Assembly (NCBI GenBank): GCA_963848875.1
Contig: CAWKFJ010000005.1
Location: 2,192,305 to 2,256,304 of the forward strand
Direction: 5' to 3'
Length of the DNA stretch: 64,000 nucleotides
Source of the DNA: an uncultured Acidobacteriota bacterium
Lineage (GTDB): Bacteria; Acidobacteriota; Blastocatellia; Pyrinomonadales; Pyrinomonadaceae
In this document: in pieces, positions 27,201 through 35,572 of the stretch
Layout of the letters: each line of letters starts with the position of its first letter
Numbering within the stretch: the first letter of the stretch is position 1
Position numbers and translations under genes: made by a program
The notes under the pieces: model-generated
Database searches by the model: none
What the model saw: only the letters and a program-made list of their open reading frames with translations
Told to the model about the DNA's origin: nothing

Positions 27201-27977
27201 AAATTCCAGCGGAGGGCCGTCCAATCGCTCGCCGTGTCGTTGAGCTGGCTGGGAGATATAGAGCTGAGGCTCGGCAAGACGGAATGCGTCTCGTTGTATC
27301 AGGAAGCCGTCGAGCTGTACCGGCGGCTCGGCGAAACGCGCAACGAGGCGAGCGCCGCTTCCAAATTGGGTGACGTCTACAAAGAGCTTCCCGCGCTTCG
27401 CGACCTGGAGCAGGCCGAACACTGGTATCAATATGGCTTGCAACTTCTCGACAGGCGCGATCACTTGGGGCGCAGCAGACGCTTGGCCGATTTGGGGCTG
27501 CTGGCCTACGAGCGTTTCAACGAGGCGCTGAAGGCAGACCGCGCGGAGGAGGAGATGCGGCCCCATTTGGAGGCCGCGGCGCAACACTACGAGAAGGCGC
27601 TGCACGAACTGGGGCTGCTGCCGACCGAAGCCGTCGGTGATCTGGCTGCGGCACATAACCAACTCGGCGTCATTTATGACACGCTGGCCGGCCTCGGCGA
27701 CTTCGCCCGCGCCTTATCGCACTACCAGGAGGCTATACGTTTCTTGGAGCAGCAGGGTAACCTTTACGACGCCGCCTCCGCGCGCTTCAACGTCGCCATC
27801 GCTCTCCACGGAGAAGGGCAGTACGCAAAGGCACTGCTGTACGCGCAGGCAGCGCTGAAAAATTATCAGGCTGACGGGGAGCAAGCGGCCGCCGAGATCG
27901 AACGGACGCGCCAGGCGATTAACCGGATTGAGCAAGACCTGAAAGCGGAAGGAGACAAGACGTATGAGCACGTCTGA
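24261..27977 (+). CDS. CHAT protease - STAND (NB-ARC-like) NTPase - TPR protein (paralog 2)
   Basis: 1238 aa with the same architecture: YHVVHFDGHG, LLLLNACRSAQ, LLHAYAGSGKTTAAAEFARWY, LWVWDNVE and C-terminal TPRs. It is roughly half identical to paralog 1 by eye and carries an extra ~40-aa insertion before the CHAT core. Confidence 0.85.
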   Translation: MPTLRLNQTSEGGGAYLIEVSLEGDNLHRSYSVSGCSFTLPEQDHEDLRWYLEDYLEHPFDPAPIIANRIERRITEIGGELFDSIFRANEDAREVWKEVAGRLDATRVEVVTPIGETTTVPWELLFDPEAGTHLALQCQSFVRVASNVNGRAEGEQLPANNKRSAPDVMPSPANAGGCFSLSESTSAPVRILLIISRPIDSGEVPFRSVASRLLKSLHGRPGFELDVLRPPTFARLNDRLRESQAEGRPYHVVHFDGHGVYEDLQASLLKRPPKKRRGYLLFENVEDHKGEPIHGTLLGRSLAQAGAPLLLLNACRSAQAEASAEPGKGVTENHPRAFGSLAQEVVEAGVPGVVAMRYNVYVVTAARFVADLYTALARGLTLGEAVTQGRKELYRHAERELVYVSRELQDWSVPVVFETKPVAILANAAAEGEESRDDSPPATVTAAPRGEVPAPSDTGFIGRDETLLDLERAFNTEQITLLHAYAGSGKTTAAAEFARWYELTGGVDGPILLTSFERYTPLVRVLDAVERAFSERLKREGVDWLALDDASRRDKALQVLGEVSTLWVWDNVESIAGFPSGVPSEWSAAEQRELAEFLREARHTKAKFLLTSRRDDHEWLHGLAVWHILLPPMPMLERVQMLRSLAEKHGRPPVNILDWLPLLEYTQGNPLTIIVVVGQALRDRLDTKEQLDAFVARLRAGEAAFDDEQSEGRSKSLGASLSYGFAHAFNADELRILALLALFQSYVDVTDLYWMGHPEIGDLPQLRDLSREARISLLNRAANVGLLTACVGSVEGVVYAIHPALPWFFRKLFDEHYPAGVDGEGEDLRLRAMRAYAAAIGATGVYYHKLYYDEGQVDVIDPLAAAEANLHHAWKLSRANGWWTTVISTMQGLDTLYSHTGRRAEWERMVKEVVPDFIEPSTNRPLPGREAEWNKVIEYQVDSAMRARRWAEAEGLQLVRVKWERERVAPLLGVPPGKLDKFQRRAVQSLAVSLSWLGDIELRLGKTECVSLYQEAVELYRRLGETRNEASAASKLGDVYKELPALRDLEQAEHWYQYGLQLLDRRDHLGRSRRLADLGLLAYERFNEALKADRAEEEMRPHLEAAAQHYEKALHELGLLPTEAVGDLAAAHNQLGVIYDTLAGLGDFARALSHYQEAIRFLEQQGNLYDAASARFNVAIALHGEGQYAKALLYAQAALKNYQADGEQAAAEIERTRQAINRIEQDLKAEGDKTYEHV

Positions 27978-28896
27978 CTGGTTTGATGATCTGCCCGTGA
28001 TCGGCCAACTGTCGCCGGTGGAGGCGGCGGCGAAGCTGCGACAACTGGGCGAGGACGAAACCGCCGACTCGATCGAGGCGGCGCAGCGCGATATGCAGGC
28101 GTCGGCACACAGCTTCGGCCTGAGCGAACTGTTGGGGTTCGGTGAAAGGCCTTGGCAGCACACTGCGCACGCCTTCGGCTACTTGGCCCCAGCCAAGCCC
28201 GGTAACGACCTGCTGCCCATCCGGCACGCGGGCAACATCGACGGCGACGCTAGCCTCAAAAACTCGCGGGTGAAGATTGCGCTCAATCGGCTGCGCGTGG
28301 CGGATTATCCCGGCGGGGGGATGCACCATGTGCTCTTTGATTTCTACGCGCAGAACCAACTCCCGGGAGAGGTGGAGCACCTGCACTTCAACGCCGCCTT
28401 CCGCGTGCTCGAAGGCCAACAGGCGGCCATCATCAACTACCCGATATTCGTCGGGCTGAACGTCGGCGGCGAAGGCGTGGCCTTCAAGTGTCTCGTGGTC
28501 AACGTGAAGAATGAACAGGACGAGGCGTTCCTCGGTTTCCTGGAGTCCGAAGTGTTTCAGTCGGGATTAAAACTGGCGATGACCGCGCAGCCCGCGATCG
28601 CGCCCCTCTCGCAGATGGCGCTTGGGCTGACTAAATCCATCGCCAAGCGTAACCGAAATGTGCCAGTACAGGAGTTCTCAATGGGACTCGACTTTACGTC
28701 AAACGCCTTAGGCGCCCGACTCGCCGAGGGTGACTACATAGCCGTTCAGATTCCAATGAAGATGCGAACCATTTGGGATTGGGACGAGTGGGTCTACAAC
28801 CCGAAAAGCGGCGAGATCGTGAACATTGACGACCATAGCCAGCTAATTCCATACAATTACCTTGTCTTTAGCATTAACCGCTACGAGGGGGCGTAG
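27964..28896 (+). CDS. Hypothetical 310-aa protein translationally coupled to CHAT-STAND paralog 2
   Basis: Its ATG lies inside the last codons of the upstream gene (14-nt overlap, tATGAGCACGTCTGA). No TM helix, signal peptide or catalytic motif that I recognise. Acidic helical N-terminus followed by a beta-rich body. Confidence 0.65.
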   Translation: MSTSDWFDDLPVIGQLSPVEAAAKLRQLGEDETADSIEAAQRDMQASAHSFGLSELLGFGERPWQHTAHAFGYLAPAKPGNDLLPIRHAGNIDGDASLKNSRVKIALNRLRVADYPGGGMHHVLFDFYAQNQLPGEVEHLHFNAAFRVLEGQQAAIINYPIFVGLNVGGEGVAFKCLVVNVKNEQDEAFLGFLESEVFQSGLKLAMTAQPAIAPLSQMALGLTKSIAKRNRNVPVQEFSMGLDFTSNALGARLAEGDYIAVQIPMKMRTIWDWDEWVYNPKSGEIVNIDDHSQLIPYNYLVFSINRYEGA

Positions 28897-29088
28897 TCGT
28901 TGGCTAAAGGTCGTGCTGACACTGAGGGGCGGCGGGCTCACGGATAGAGAGGCCGCCGCGCACGCTCGCTGCTAGGTACTTGCATCTTCCGGCGGGAGCC
29001 CGTCGAAGCGGGAGCCAAGGCCGGGAGTGCTCCGACCCGCCTTAATGAAAAATGCTCATTACAGAGGTAAGTGCGTAGGCACAGAAAT

Positions 29089-29123
29089 GCCTGTAAACCG
29101 AGATTAAGTATCAGTTTACAGGC
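29089..29123 (-). terminator. Hairpin downstream of pilC
   Basis: GCCTGTAAAC / GTTTACAGGC form a 10-bp stem with a 15-nt loop, 68 nt after the pilC stop. On the minus strand it is followed by ATTTCTGT. Confidence 0.35.
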
Positions 29124-29190
29124 ATCGGAAATTATGGTTGCCCCAAATTGCCAATTACAGTTGTCCCGTAGGAACATCCCTCCAAGGACA

Positions 29191-30420
29191 TTAGTGGCCC
29201 TGTGACAGCTTGCCGATGAGGGTGAAGAGGGGGAGGTACATGGCGATGACGATGGAGCCGATGGTGACGCCGAGGAAGCCGATGAGGATGGGCTCGATCA
29301 GTGTAAGCAGGTTGGCGATGGCCGAGTCAACTTCCTGCTCGTAGAAGTCCGCGATCTTGGAGAGCATCGCGTCGAGCGCGCCGGTCTGTTCGCCGATGCC
29401 GACCATCTGCGCGACCATGTGTGGGAAGACTTCGGTGGCCTGGAGCGGATCGACGAAGTTCTCGCCGCGCTCGACGCCGGCGCGCACCTTCAGGATCGCC
29501 TGCTCGACAATGACGTTGCCGGCCGTGCGCGCTGTGATGTCCAGCGATTGCAGAATTGGCACACCCGACGAGAGCAGCGTCGAGAGCGTGCGCGAGAAGC
29601 GGGCCACCGCGATCTTGCGCAGGATGCTGCCGAAGATCGGGAGCTTCAGCATGATGCCGTCTATCTTCATGCGCCCGCCCGGCGTCTTGTAGTAGTAGCG
29701 GATGAGCAGCACGGCCCCGACGATGCCGCCGAGGATGGCGAGGCCGCCCCAGCCGGCGAGGAACTCGCTAATGCCGACGACGACGCGGGTCGGGTAGGGC
29801 AGCTTCTCGCCCGGGCCGAGCAGGCCCGCGAAGATGGCCTGGAACTGCGGGATGACGACCACCATGATGACAGCTATCGCGCCGATGGCCATCAGCACGA
29901 CCGCCGACGGGTAGATCATCGCCGAGATGATGTCCTTTTTGAGCTTGACGATCTTCTCGATGAAGGTCGAGAGGCGCTGGAGAATCAGGTCCAGAATACC
30001 GCCCGTCTCGCCCGCCTCGACCATGTTCGTGTAGAGCTGGTCGAAGACCTTCGGGTGGCGCGCCATCGCCGCCGCCAAGGTGGAGCCCTCCTCCACGTCC
30101 TGCCGCACCTGCTGCAAGGTCTGCTGGAAGAATTTGTTCTCCTGCTGCTGTGCCAGAATGTCCAGGCACTGCACCAGGGGCAGACCGGCGTCGATCATCA
30201 CCGAGAACTGGCGCGTGAAGATGGCCAGCTCTTTGGCCTTGACCTTCTTCCTCCCGCCGATTTTGGGGACGCTGATCTCGCGCCCCTTCTCCTTGACGGA
30301 CGTGAGCGTGACCTGCTCGCGGCGCAAGATTTGGCGCAGCGCCTCGCGGTTCTCCGCGACGCGTTCGCCGACGACGATCTCGTTGAGCCGGTTGCGGCCT
30401 TTGAAGACGTAAGTGGGCAT
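29191..30420 (-). CDS. pilC: Type IV pilus assembly platform protein PilC (GspF family)
   Basis: 409 aa. It has the duplicated T2SF domain pattern (LAIFTRQFSVMIDAGLPLVQCL... and FSRTLSTLLSSGVPILQSL...) and three hydrophobic segments. It is clustered with pilB and pilT. Confidence 0.9.
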   Translation of the reverse strand: MPTYVFKGRNRLNEIVVGERVAENREALRQILRREQVTLTSVKEKGREISVPKIGGRKKVKAKELAIFTRQFSVMIDAGLPLVQCLDILAQQQENKFFQQTLQQVRQDVEEGSTLAAAMARHPKVFDQLYTNMVEAGETGGILDLILQRLSTFIEKIVKLKKDIISAMIYPSAVVLMAIGAIAVIMVVVIPQFQAIFAGLLGPGEKLPYPTRVVVGISEFLAGWGGLAILGGIVGAVLLIRYYYKTPGGRMKIDGIMLKLPIFGSILRKIAVARFSRTLSTLLSSGVPILQSLDITARTAGNVIVEQAILKVRAGVERGENFVDPLQATEVFPHMVAQMVGIGEQTGALDAMLSKIADFYEQEVDSAIANLLTLIEPILIGFLGVTIGSIVIAMYLPLFTLIGKLSQGH

Positions 30421-30462
30421 GGTCCGTGAAAACTCCTGTTCCGAAGATGATCGCGCTCGCGC

Positions 30463-31215
30463 TTAGGAGCGCGCGGCCGAAGAGGCTAGTGAATTGGTGA
30501 TGACTTCGAACTCGCGCAGGTACGCGTCGAAGGTCTCTACGGGGGCGCGGCAGACGACGACGAAGAGCCGCCCGTCCCGCTCCGAGACGCTGATGGAGGC
30601 GCGCACGGTCACCCGGCGCGCGATTGCTTGGTCGGCCACAATCCGCAACTGCCCCGAGCGCGAACCCGTTGAGACGGGCGCGACCGAGACGAGCGTGGCG
30701 TTGCTGCTCAGGAAAAGCGCGGACAGCGCCGCGGCGAAATCGCGCTGGCCCTCCAAGCTCAGGCTCGACGGGTCAACGACGGGGAGGCCCGAGCGCTCCG
30801 TCAGCACGTAGACATTGGCGGTCGCGGAGGCGAAGCCCTCGGCCTCTATCCGCCGGAAGGTGCGCTGGTGGTAAAGACTGCCGGAGCTGCCCGCCTTCGT
30901 GTTGACCCGCCAGGCCCCGTTCGGAAAACTGACTGTGAAAGCCCCCGACGGGTCGCGGTAGCGCGTCGCGCCCGCAATTGGCACAGCGTGCGACGAAACG
31001 ACGGGCGAACTCGCGGCCGGCTGGGGGATGTAAACCGCAGGGCGGTTGAGCAGGTCTTCGCTCGTGAGCGAGCGGGCCGAACGCTGCCCGGCCTCCTGCG
31101 CGAAAGAGGAGGGGACGAAAGCGCACGCGAGCAGAACGAGCATGAAAGCGAGGCTCAAGGAGCTTCGCCCGCGGCTCGCCGTTTCAGCTTGTCGTGTCGT
31201 TTGTCGTCTCAACAT
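30463..31215 (-). CDS. Hypothetical secreted protein
   Basis: 250 aa with the signal-like N-terminus SLSLAFMLVLLACAFVPSSFAQE. Located between pilT and pilC. Confidence 0.55.
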   Translation of the reverse strand: MLRRQTTRQAETASRGRSSLSLAFMLVLLACAFVPSSFAQEAGQRSARSLTSEDLLNRPAVYIPQPAASSPVVSSHAVPIAGATRYRDPSGAFTVSFPNGAWRVNTKAGSSGSLYHQRTFRRIEAEGFASATANVYVLTERSGLPVVDPSSLSLEGQRDFAAALSALFLSSNATLVSVAPVSTGSRSGQLRIVADQAIARRVTVRASISVSERDGRLFVVVCRAPVETFDAYLREFEVITNSLASSAARS

Positions 31216-31239
31216 AAAAGTGTCGTAGCTGCTGTTCGT

Positions 31240-32439
31240 CTACCGCGTGCCGGGGCGGACGCCGACGGGCCGCGCCTGCGCGTAGGGACTCGGGTGCGCG
31301 CCGGGGCGCGGCATGGACCCGCCGCCGCCGTTGCCTGTGTTGATGCCGGAGCCGCGCTCGATCAGCTCGCGCAGCTCGTCCGTGTTCGAGGAGCGCTGCA
31401 TCGCCACGTCGAGCGAAATCTGGCGCTTGTGGTAGAGCGTGGCGAGCGCCTGGTTGAAGGTCTGCATCCCGTACTTGTCCTGGCCGGTCTGCATCATGGA
31501 GTAAATCTGGTGGACCTTGTCCTCGCGGATCAGGTTGCGGATGGCCGCGTTGGGGACGAGGATTTCGAGCGCCATCGCGCGGCCGATCCCCTCGGCCCTC
31601 GGTAAGAGCGCCTGGCACAAAATTCCTTCAAGGACGAGCGAGAGCTGTGCGCGCACCTGCGACTGCTGCTCGGAAGGGAAGACATCTATGATGCGGTTGA
31701 TGGTCGAGGCCGCGGAGTTGGTGTGCAGCGTGGCGAAGGTCAAGTGGCCCGTCTCGGCGATGCGGAGCGCGGACTCTATCGTTTCGAGGTCGCGCATTTC
31801 GCCGACGAGCACCACGTCAGGGTCCTGGCGCAGCGCGGTCCTCAGCGCTTCCGCGAAGCCGCGCGTATCGGCGTTGACTTCGCGCTGGTTGACGAGACAG
31901 TTCTTGTGGTTGTGCAGGAACTCGATGGGGTCTTCGATGGTCAGGATGTGGTCGTGGCGGTCGTTGTTGATCTTGTCGATCATCGCCGCGAGCGTCGTGG
32001 ATTTGCCGGAGCCGGTCGGGCCTGTGACGAGGATCAGACCGCGCGGCTTGTCGCAGAGCTGCTTGACGACGGGCGGCAGGCCGAGCGCCTCGAACGGCTT
32101 AATCTCGTAGGGAATCGCGCGGAAGACCGCGCCGACCGCGCCGCGTTGGTTGAAGATGTTCGCGCGGAAGCGCGAGAGGCCCTTGACGCCGAAGGAGAAG
32201 TCCAGTTCAAGGTTCTCCTCGAAGCGGTGCTTCTGCGCGTCGGTCAGGACGGAGTAGGCGAGCTGTTTAGTGTCGGCGGAGGAGAGCACCTTGTAGCCGT
32301 CGAGCGGGCGCAGGTGGCCGTCCACGCGAATCTGCGGGGGCGTGTTGGTCGTGATGTGAAGGTCCGAGCCGCCAAACTCGGCGAGCTTTTTCAGTAGCTC
32401 GGAGAGTGTGATCTGCGGGACGGTTTCGTTCAAGGCCAT
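31240..32439 (-). CDS. pilT: Twitching-motility retraction ATPase PilT
   Basis: 399 aa. The N-terminus GGSDLHITTNTPPQIRVDGHL, the Walker A GPTGSGKSTTLAAMI and the HLTFATLHTNSA box are PilT-typical. The Gly-rich C-terminal extension is unusual. Confidence 0.9.
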   Translation of the reverse strand: MALNETVPQITLSELLKKLAEFGGSDLHITTNTPPQIRVDGHLRPLDGYKVLSSADTKQLAYSVLTDAQKHRFEENLELDFSFGVKGLSRFRANIFNQRGAVGAVFRAIPYEIKPFEALGLPPVVKQLCDKPRGLILVTGPTGSGKSTTLAAMIDKINNDRHDHILTIEDPIEFLHNHKNCLVNQREVNADTRGFAEALRTALRQDPDVVLVGEMRDLETIESALRIAETGHLTFATLHTNSAASTINRIIDVFPSEQQSQVRAQLSLVLEGILCQALLPRAEGIGRAMALEILVPNAAIRNLIREDKVHQIYSMMQTGQDKYGMQTFNQALATLYHKRQISLDVAMQRSSNTDELRELIERGSGINTGNGGGGSMPRPGAHPSPYAQARPVGVRPGTR

Positions 32440-32489
32440 AAAATTAAAGTTCTCCTGTGGATTTTATGAGGCTCGCCGGGGCGCGAGCG

Positions 32490-32681
32490 TCACGCCCTCT
32501 TGCCGGAGCATTTGATAAGGACGTACAAGCCAATAGCGAAGAGGGCGACGCCAGTTATCAGGTTGTTGTATTCGGGAGCGACCCCGCCCCCGCCGACGGG
32601 CCGTTGGTCGCCGCCGAGGAAATGGCCGAGCGTGAGGAAACAGCCGAACAAAAAGAAGAGTATTCCTGCGATGCGGTACAT
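32490..32681 (-). CDS. Small two-TM membrane protein (hypothetical)
   Basis: 63 aa with two hydrophobic helices (IAGILFFLFGCFLTLGHFL, ITGVALFAIGLYVLI). Same strand as the pil genes. Confidence 0.4.
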   Translation of the reverse strand: MYRIAGILFFLFGCFLTLGHFLGGDQRPVGGGGVAPEYNNLITGVALFAIGLYVLIKCSGKRA

Positions 32682-32732
32682 GGTCGAGTCTCCATCAAAA
32701 GGCGCGTCGGCAAGGCGCGGGGCTGCGCCCTG

Positions 32733-33497
32733 CTAACGCTGTGAACCAGTTTGGAAGGAGGCCATCAGTTGCGCCGACTCGTCCGCCAGGCGCGAGGCGA
32801 ACTCGGCCGGCGAGCTGGCGGCGAGGCTGTAGATGCGGCCCTCGACTTCGGTGAAGTAGAAGACCCAGGACTGTTCGCCCGTGCGCGCGATGACGACGAA
32901 GACGGTGCGGCCGCCGATCTCGCGCGGCATGTCGTTGACGACCCAGCCGTCCGCGGCGACCATCTTGTCAATCACCGTGCGGCGCAGGTCTGAGAAGGGG
33001 ACGCCGGCGAGCATCTTGCGCTGGGCCTTAGCCGTCAGCGCGGGTTCGCCAGTGGCCTGGACGTTGACGGGCGCGAACGTGGCCTCCGCGATGCCACGCC
33101 CATCGGAGTTCAGAATGAACCTCGTCCCGCCGCCGGCCGAGGCGCGCCGCGCCCAACCGTTCGGAAGGACGGGAGGCTTTGTGCTCGACGCTTCCGGTTG
33201 GACGTTGACGGTCGAAATCTTTTGGGAGAGCGCGGACTTGTTGTGGCTCGCGGCCGCCGTGTTCAGGTTCTGGCCGCGACGCATTTGCAGGAGGGCCTGT
33301 CTACGCCTGAGCGCGGCGCGATGGCGGCGCAGGCGCGCGCGGTAGCGACGCCACCAGGCGCGCGAGTGGCGGCGGCCCATGTTGCTGCGGCGACTCACGG
33401 CCGCGCGGCCCGTGTGGTGCGCGGAGGAGTCGCCGGCCGGCAGCATGACGACCACAGAAGCGAGGATTAACAGAGTTAGAGCGGCTGCGCGTAACAT
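32733..33497 (-). CDS. Hypothetical secreted protein with an Arg-rich segment
   Basis: 254 aa. Signal-like N-terminus MLRAAALTLLILASVVVML. Located 17 nt downstream of the pilB stop. Confidence 0.55.
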   Translation of the reverse strand: MLRAAALTLLILASVVVMLPAGDSSAHHTGRAAVSRRSNMGRRHSRAWWRRYRARLRRHRAALRRRQALLQMRRGQNLNTAAASHNKSALSQKISTVNVQPEASSTKPPVLPNGWARRASAGGGTRFILNSDGRGIAEATFAPVNVQATGEPALTAKAQRKMLAGVPFSDLRRTVIDKMVAADGWVVNDMPREIGGRTVFVVIARTGEQSWVFYFTEVEGRIYSLAASSPAEFASRLADESAQLMASFQTGSQR

Positions 33498-33513
33498 TTA
33501 TTCTTTCACCTCG

Positions 33514-35319
33514 TCAGGCCACCGTCTCCCGCACGACTTCTTCGATGGTGGTGATTCCGTTGCGTATCTTGTGGAGGCCGGACTCGCGCAGCGTGATCAT
33601 GCCGTCGTCAATCGCCTTCTTGCGCAGCTCCAGCGCAGAGGCCCCGATCAGGATCAGCTCGCGCATCTCGTCCGTCACTTCCATCACTTCGTAGAGACCG
33701 ACGCGGCCCTTGTAGCCAGTGTTGTTGCAGGTCTGGCAGCCGCGCCCCTTGTAGGTCTTCATGTTCTTGGATTCCTCGACCGTGAAACCGATTTCCAGCA
33801 TGGCTTCGGGCGGCATGGGGCTCTCCGTCTTGCAGTCTTTACAAATGCGGCGGATGAGGCGCTGCGCCTGGATGAGGTTGACGGAGGTCGCAACCAGGAA
33901 GGGCTCGATGCCCATGTTCATCAGGCGCGAGATGGTCGAGGGGGCGTCGTTGGTGTGGAGCGTCGAGAGCACTAGGTGGCCCGTCAGAGCGGCCTTGATG
34001 GCGATCTCGGCGGTCTCGAAATCGCGGATTTCGCCGACCAGGATGATGTTCGGGTCCTGGCGCAGGAAGCTGCGGAGCGCGGCCGCAAAGTTCAGTCCGA
34101 TCTGCTCCTTCATCTGCACCTGATTGATCCCCATGAGGTTGAACTCGACGGGGTCCTCGGCCGTCATGATGTTGGTCTCGGAGGTGTTCAGCGACTGGAG
34201 CGCGGAGTAGAGCGTGTTGGTCTTGCCGGAGCCTGTGGGGCCCGTGACGAGCACCATGCCGTAGGGGCGCGAGATGTTGCGCTGGAACTTGACGAGCGAC
34301 TCAGGCTCGAAACCGAGCTTCGTCATGTCGAGCATCAGGTTCTCTTTATCAAGGAGACGAAGCACGACCTTTTCGCCGAAGAGCGTCGGCAGCGTCGAGA
34401 CGCGGAAGTCCAACTCGCGCGAGCGCGCGTCAACCTTGACCTTGATCTTGATGCGGCCGTCCTGCGGCAGGCGCTTCTCCGAGATATCGAGCTTCGACAT
34501 GATCTTGAGGCGCGAGATCATGGCGTCGCGCATCTTGAGCGGCGGGTGCATCACGTCGTAGAGCACGCCGTCTATGCGGAAGCGGATTCTGAGTTCCTTC
34601 TCGTAAGGCTCGATGTGTATGTCGGAGGCCCCGCGGCGCAGGGCGTCAACCATCAGGACGTTGACGAGCCGCACGACGGGGGCGTCCTCGCTCATGCGCG
34701 AGAGCGTCGAGAGGTCTATCTCCTCGTTGTCTTCTATGACTTCGAGACCTTCGGCGGCCTCCGTGTCGAAGTCCAGGCTGTCGAGCGAGACGAGGTCTTC
34801 GTGCCGGATGGTGTTGTGATGCCCGTTGCCGTTGCGGCCCACACCGCTGACTTCGACTTCGGGCTCGCCCATCGTTGACAACTCGATCTCGCGCGTGGAG
34901 CCGTAGTACTTCGCAATGGCCTCCTGGACGCTCGCTTCGGAGACGACCACAGGTTCGATGTTGAGGCCCGTCATGAACTTGATGTCGTCCATGGCGAAGA
35001 CGTTGGTGGGGTCAACCATCGCCAGCGTGAGGCTCGCGCCGACGCGCGACAGCGGCAGAACAGAATATTTCTGTGCCACTTCCTGCGGGATGAGACGGAT
35101 GACGGAGGGCTCTATGTCGAACAGTTCGAGATTGACGGAAGGGACACCGTACTGGCGCGAGAGCACGGCCGTGATCATGTCGTCGGAAACCAGTCCCATC
35201 TTGACTAGGTTGTATCCGAGACGGCCGCCGTGGCTGCGCTGGTAGTCGAGCGCTTCGCGCAATTGCTGCGCACTGAGGAGATTTTCGCGGACAAGGATTT
35301 CGCCTAGTTTGGCTGACAT
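33514..35319 (-). CDS. pilB: Type IV pilus assembly ATPase PilB (GspE family)
   Basis: 601 aa. It has an N-terminal T2SSE_N-like repeat (LLSAQQLREALDYQ...), the Walker A GPTGSGKTNTLYSAL and the tetra-Cys motif CKDCK...CQTCNNTGYKGR. Confidence 0.9.
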   Translation of the reverse strand: MSAKLGEILVRENLLSAQQLREALDYQRSHGGRLGYNLVKMGLVSDDMITAVLSRQYGVPSVNLELFDIEPSVIRLIPQEVAQKYSVLPLSRVGASLTLAMVDPTNVFAMDDIKFMTGLNIEPVVVSEASVQEAIAKYYGSTREIELSTMGEPEVEVSGVGRNGNGHHNTIRHEDLVSLDSLDFDTEAAEGLEVIEDNEEIDLSTLSRMSEDAPVVRLVNVLMVDALRRGASDIHIEPYEKELRIRFRIDGVLYDVMHPPLKMRDAMISRLKIMSKLDISEKRLPQDGRIKIKVKVDARSRELDFRVSTLPTLFGEKVVLRLLDKENLMLDMTKLGFEPESLVKFQRNISRPYGMVLVTGPTGSGKTNTLYSALQSLNTSETNIMTAEDPVEFNLMGINQVQMKEQIGLNFAAALRSFLRQDPNIILVGEIRDFETAEIAIKAALTGHLVLSTLHTNDAPSTISRLMNMGIEPFLVATSVNLIQAQRLIRRICKDCKTESPMPPEAMLEIGFTVEESKNMKTYKGRGCQTCNNTGYKGRVGLYEVMEVTDEMRELILIGASALELRKKAIDDGMITLRESGLHKIRNGITTIEEVVRETVA

Positions 35320-35512
35320 CTTTAGAAGTTCCAGTAGAGAAACGCTTCAAAAGGGGTAGGACGCAAAGGGTTCGACCGCGGACGGATTCGCGAACAGGAG
35401 TTGTCCGGCATAACCACAAAGCATAGGCAACGATGCTAAACATCGTTGCACAAGGCATATTACAGTTTAACCCGCAAGGGTGTCAAGATGATAATTCAGC
35501 GGTCAGATTGAC

Positions 35513-35547
35513 ATAAAAAGGCCGCGCAGGGTGAGCCTTGCGCGGCC
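35513..35547 (-). terminator. Rho-independent terminator after the TPR gene
   Basis: GGCCGCGCA / TGCGCGGCC form a 9-bp GC stem. On the minus strand it is followed by TTTTTAT. It begins 26 nt after the stop at 35573. Confidence 0.65.
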
Positions 35548-35572
35548 TGGATTGAAAGGGGCGATGAAGCTT

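Noticed and set aside
20292-27977. Type III-E CRISPR Craspase (TPR-CHAT/Csx29) identity for the CHAT genes.
   Set aside because: There is no Cas7-11, no CRISPR array and no csx30/31 or rpoE neighbours. These proteins also carry a STAND NTPase module that Csx29 lacks.
27964-28896. Calling the 310-aa protein a bacterial gasdermin.
   Set aside because: Its size and its location next to a CHAT protease are suggestive. However, it lies downstream of the protease, not upstream. I see no resemblance to the bacterial gasdermin N-termini I remember. No fold assignment is possible without tools, so it is kept only as a substrate or effector hypothesis.
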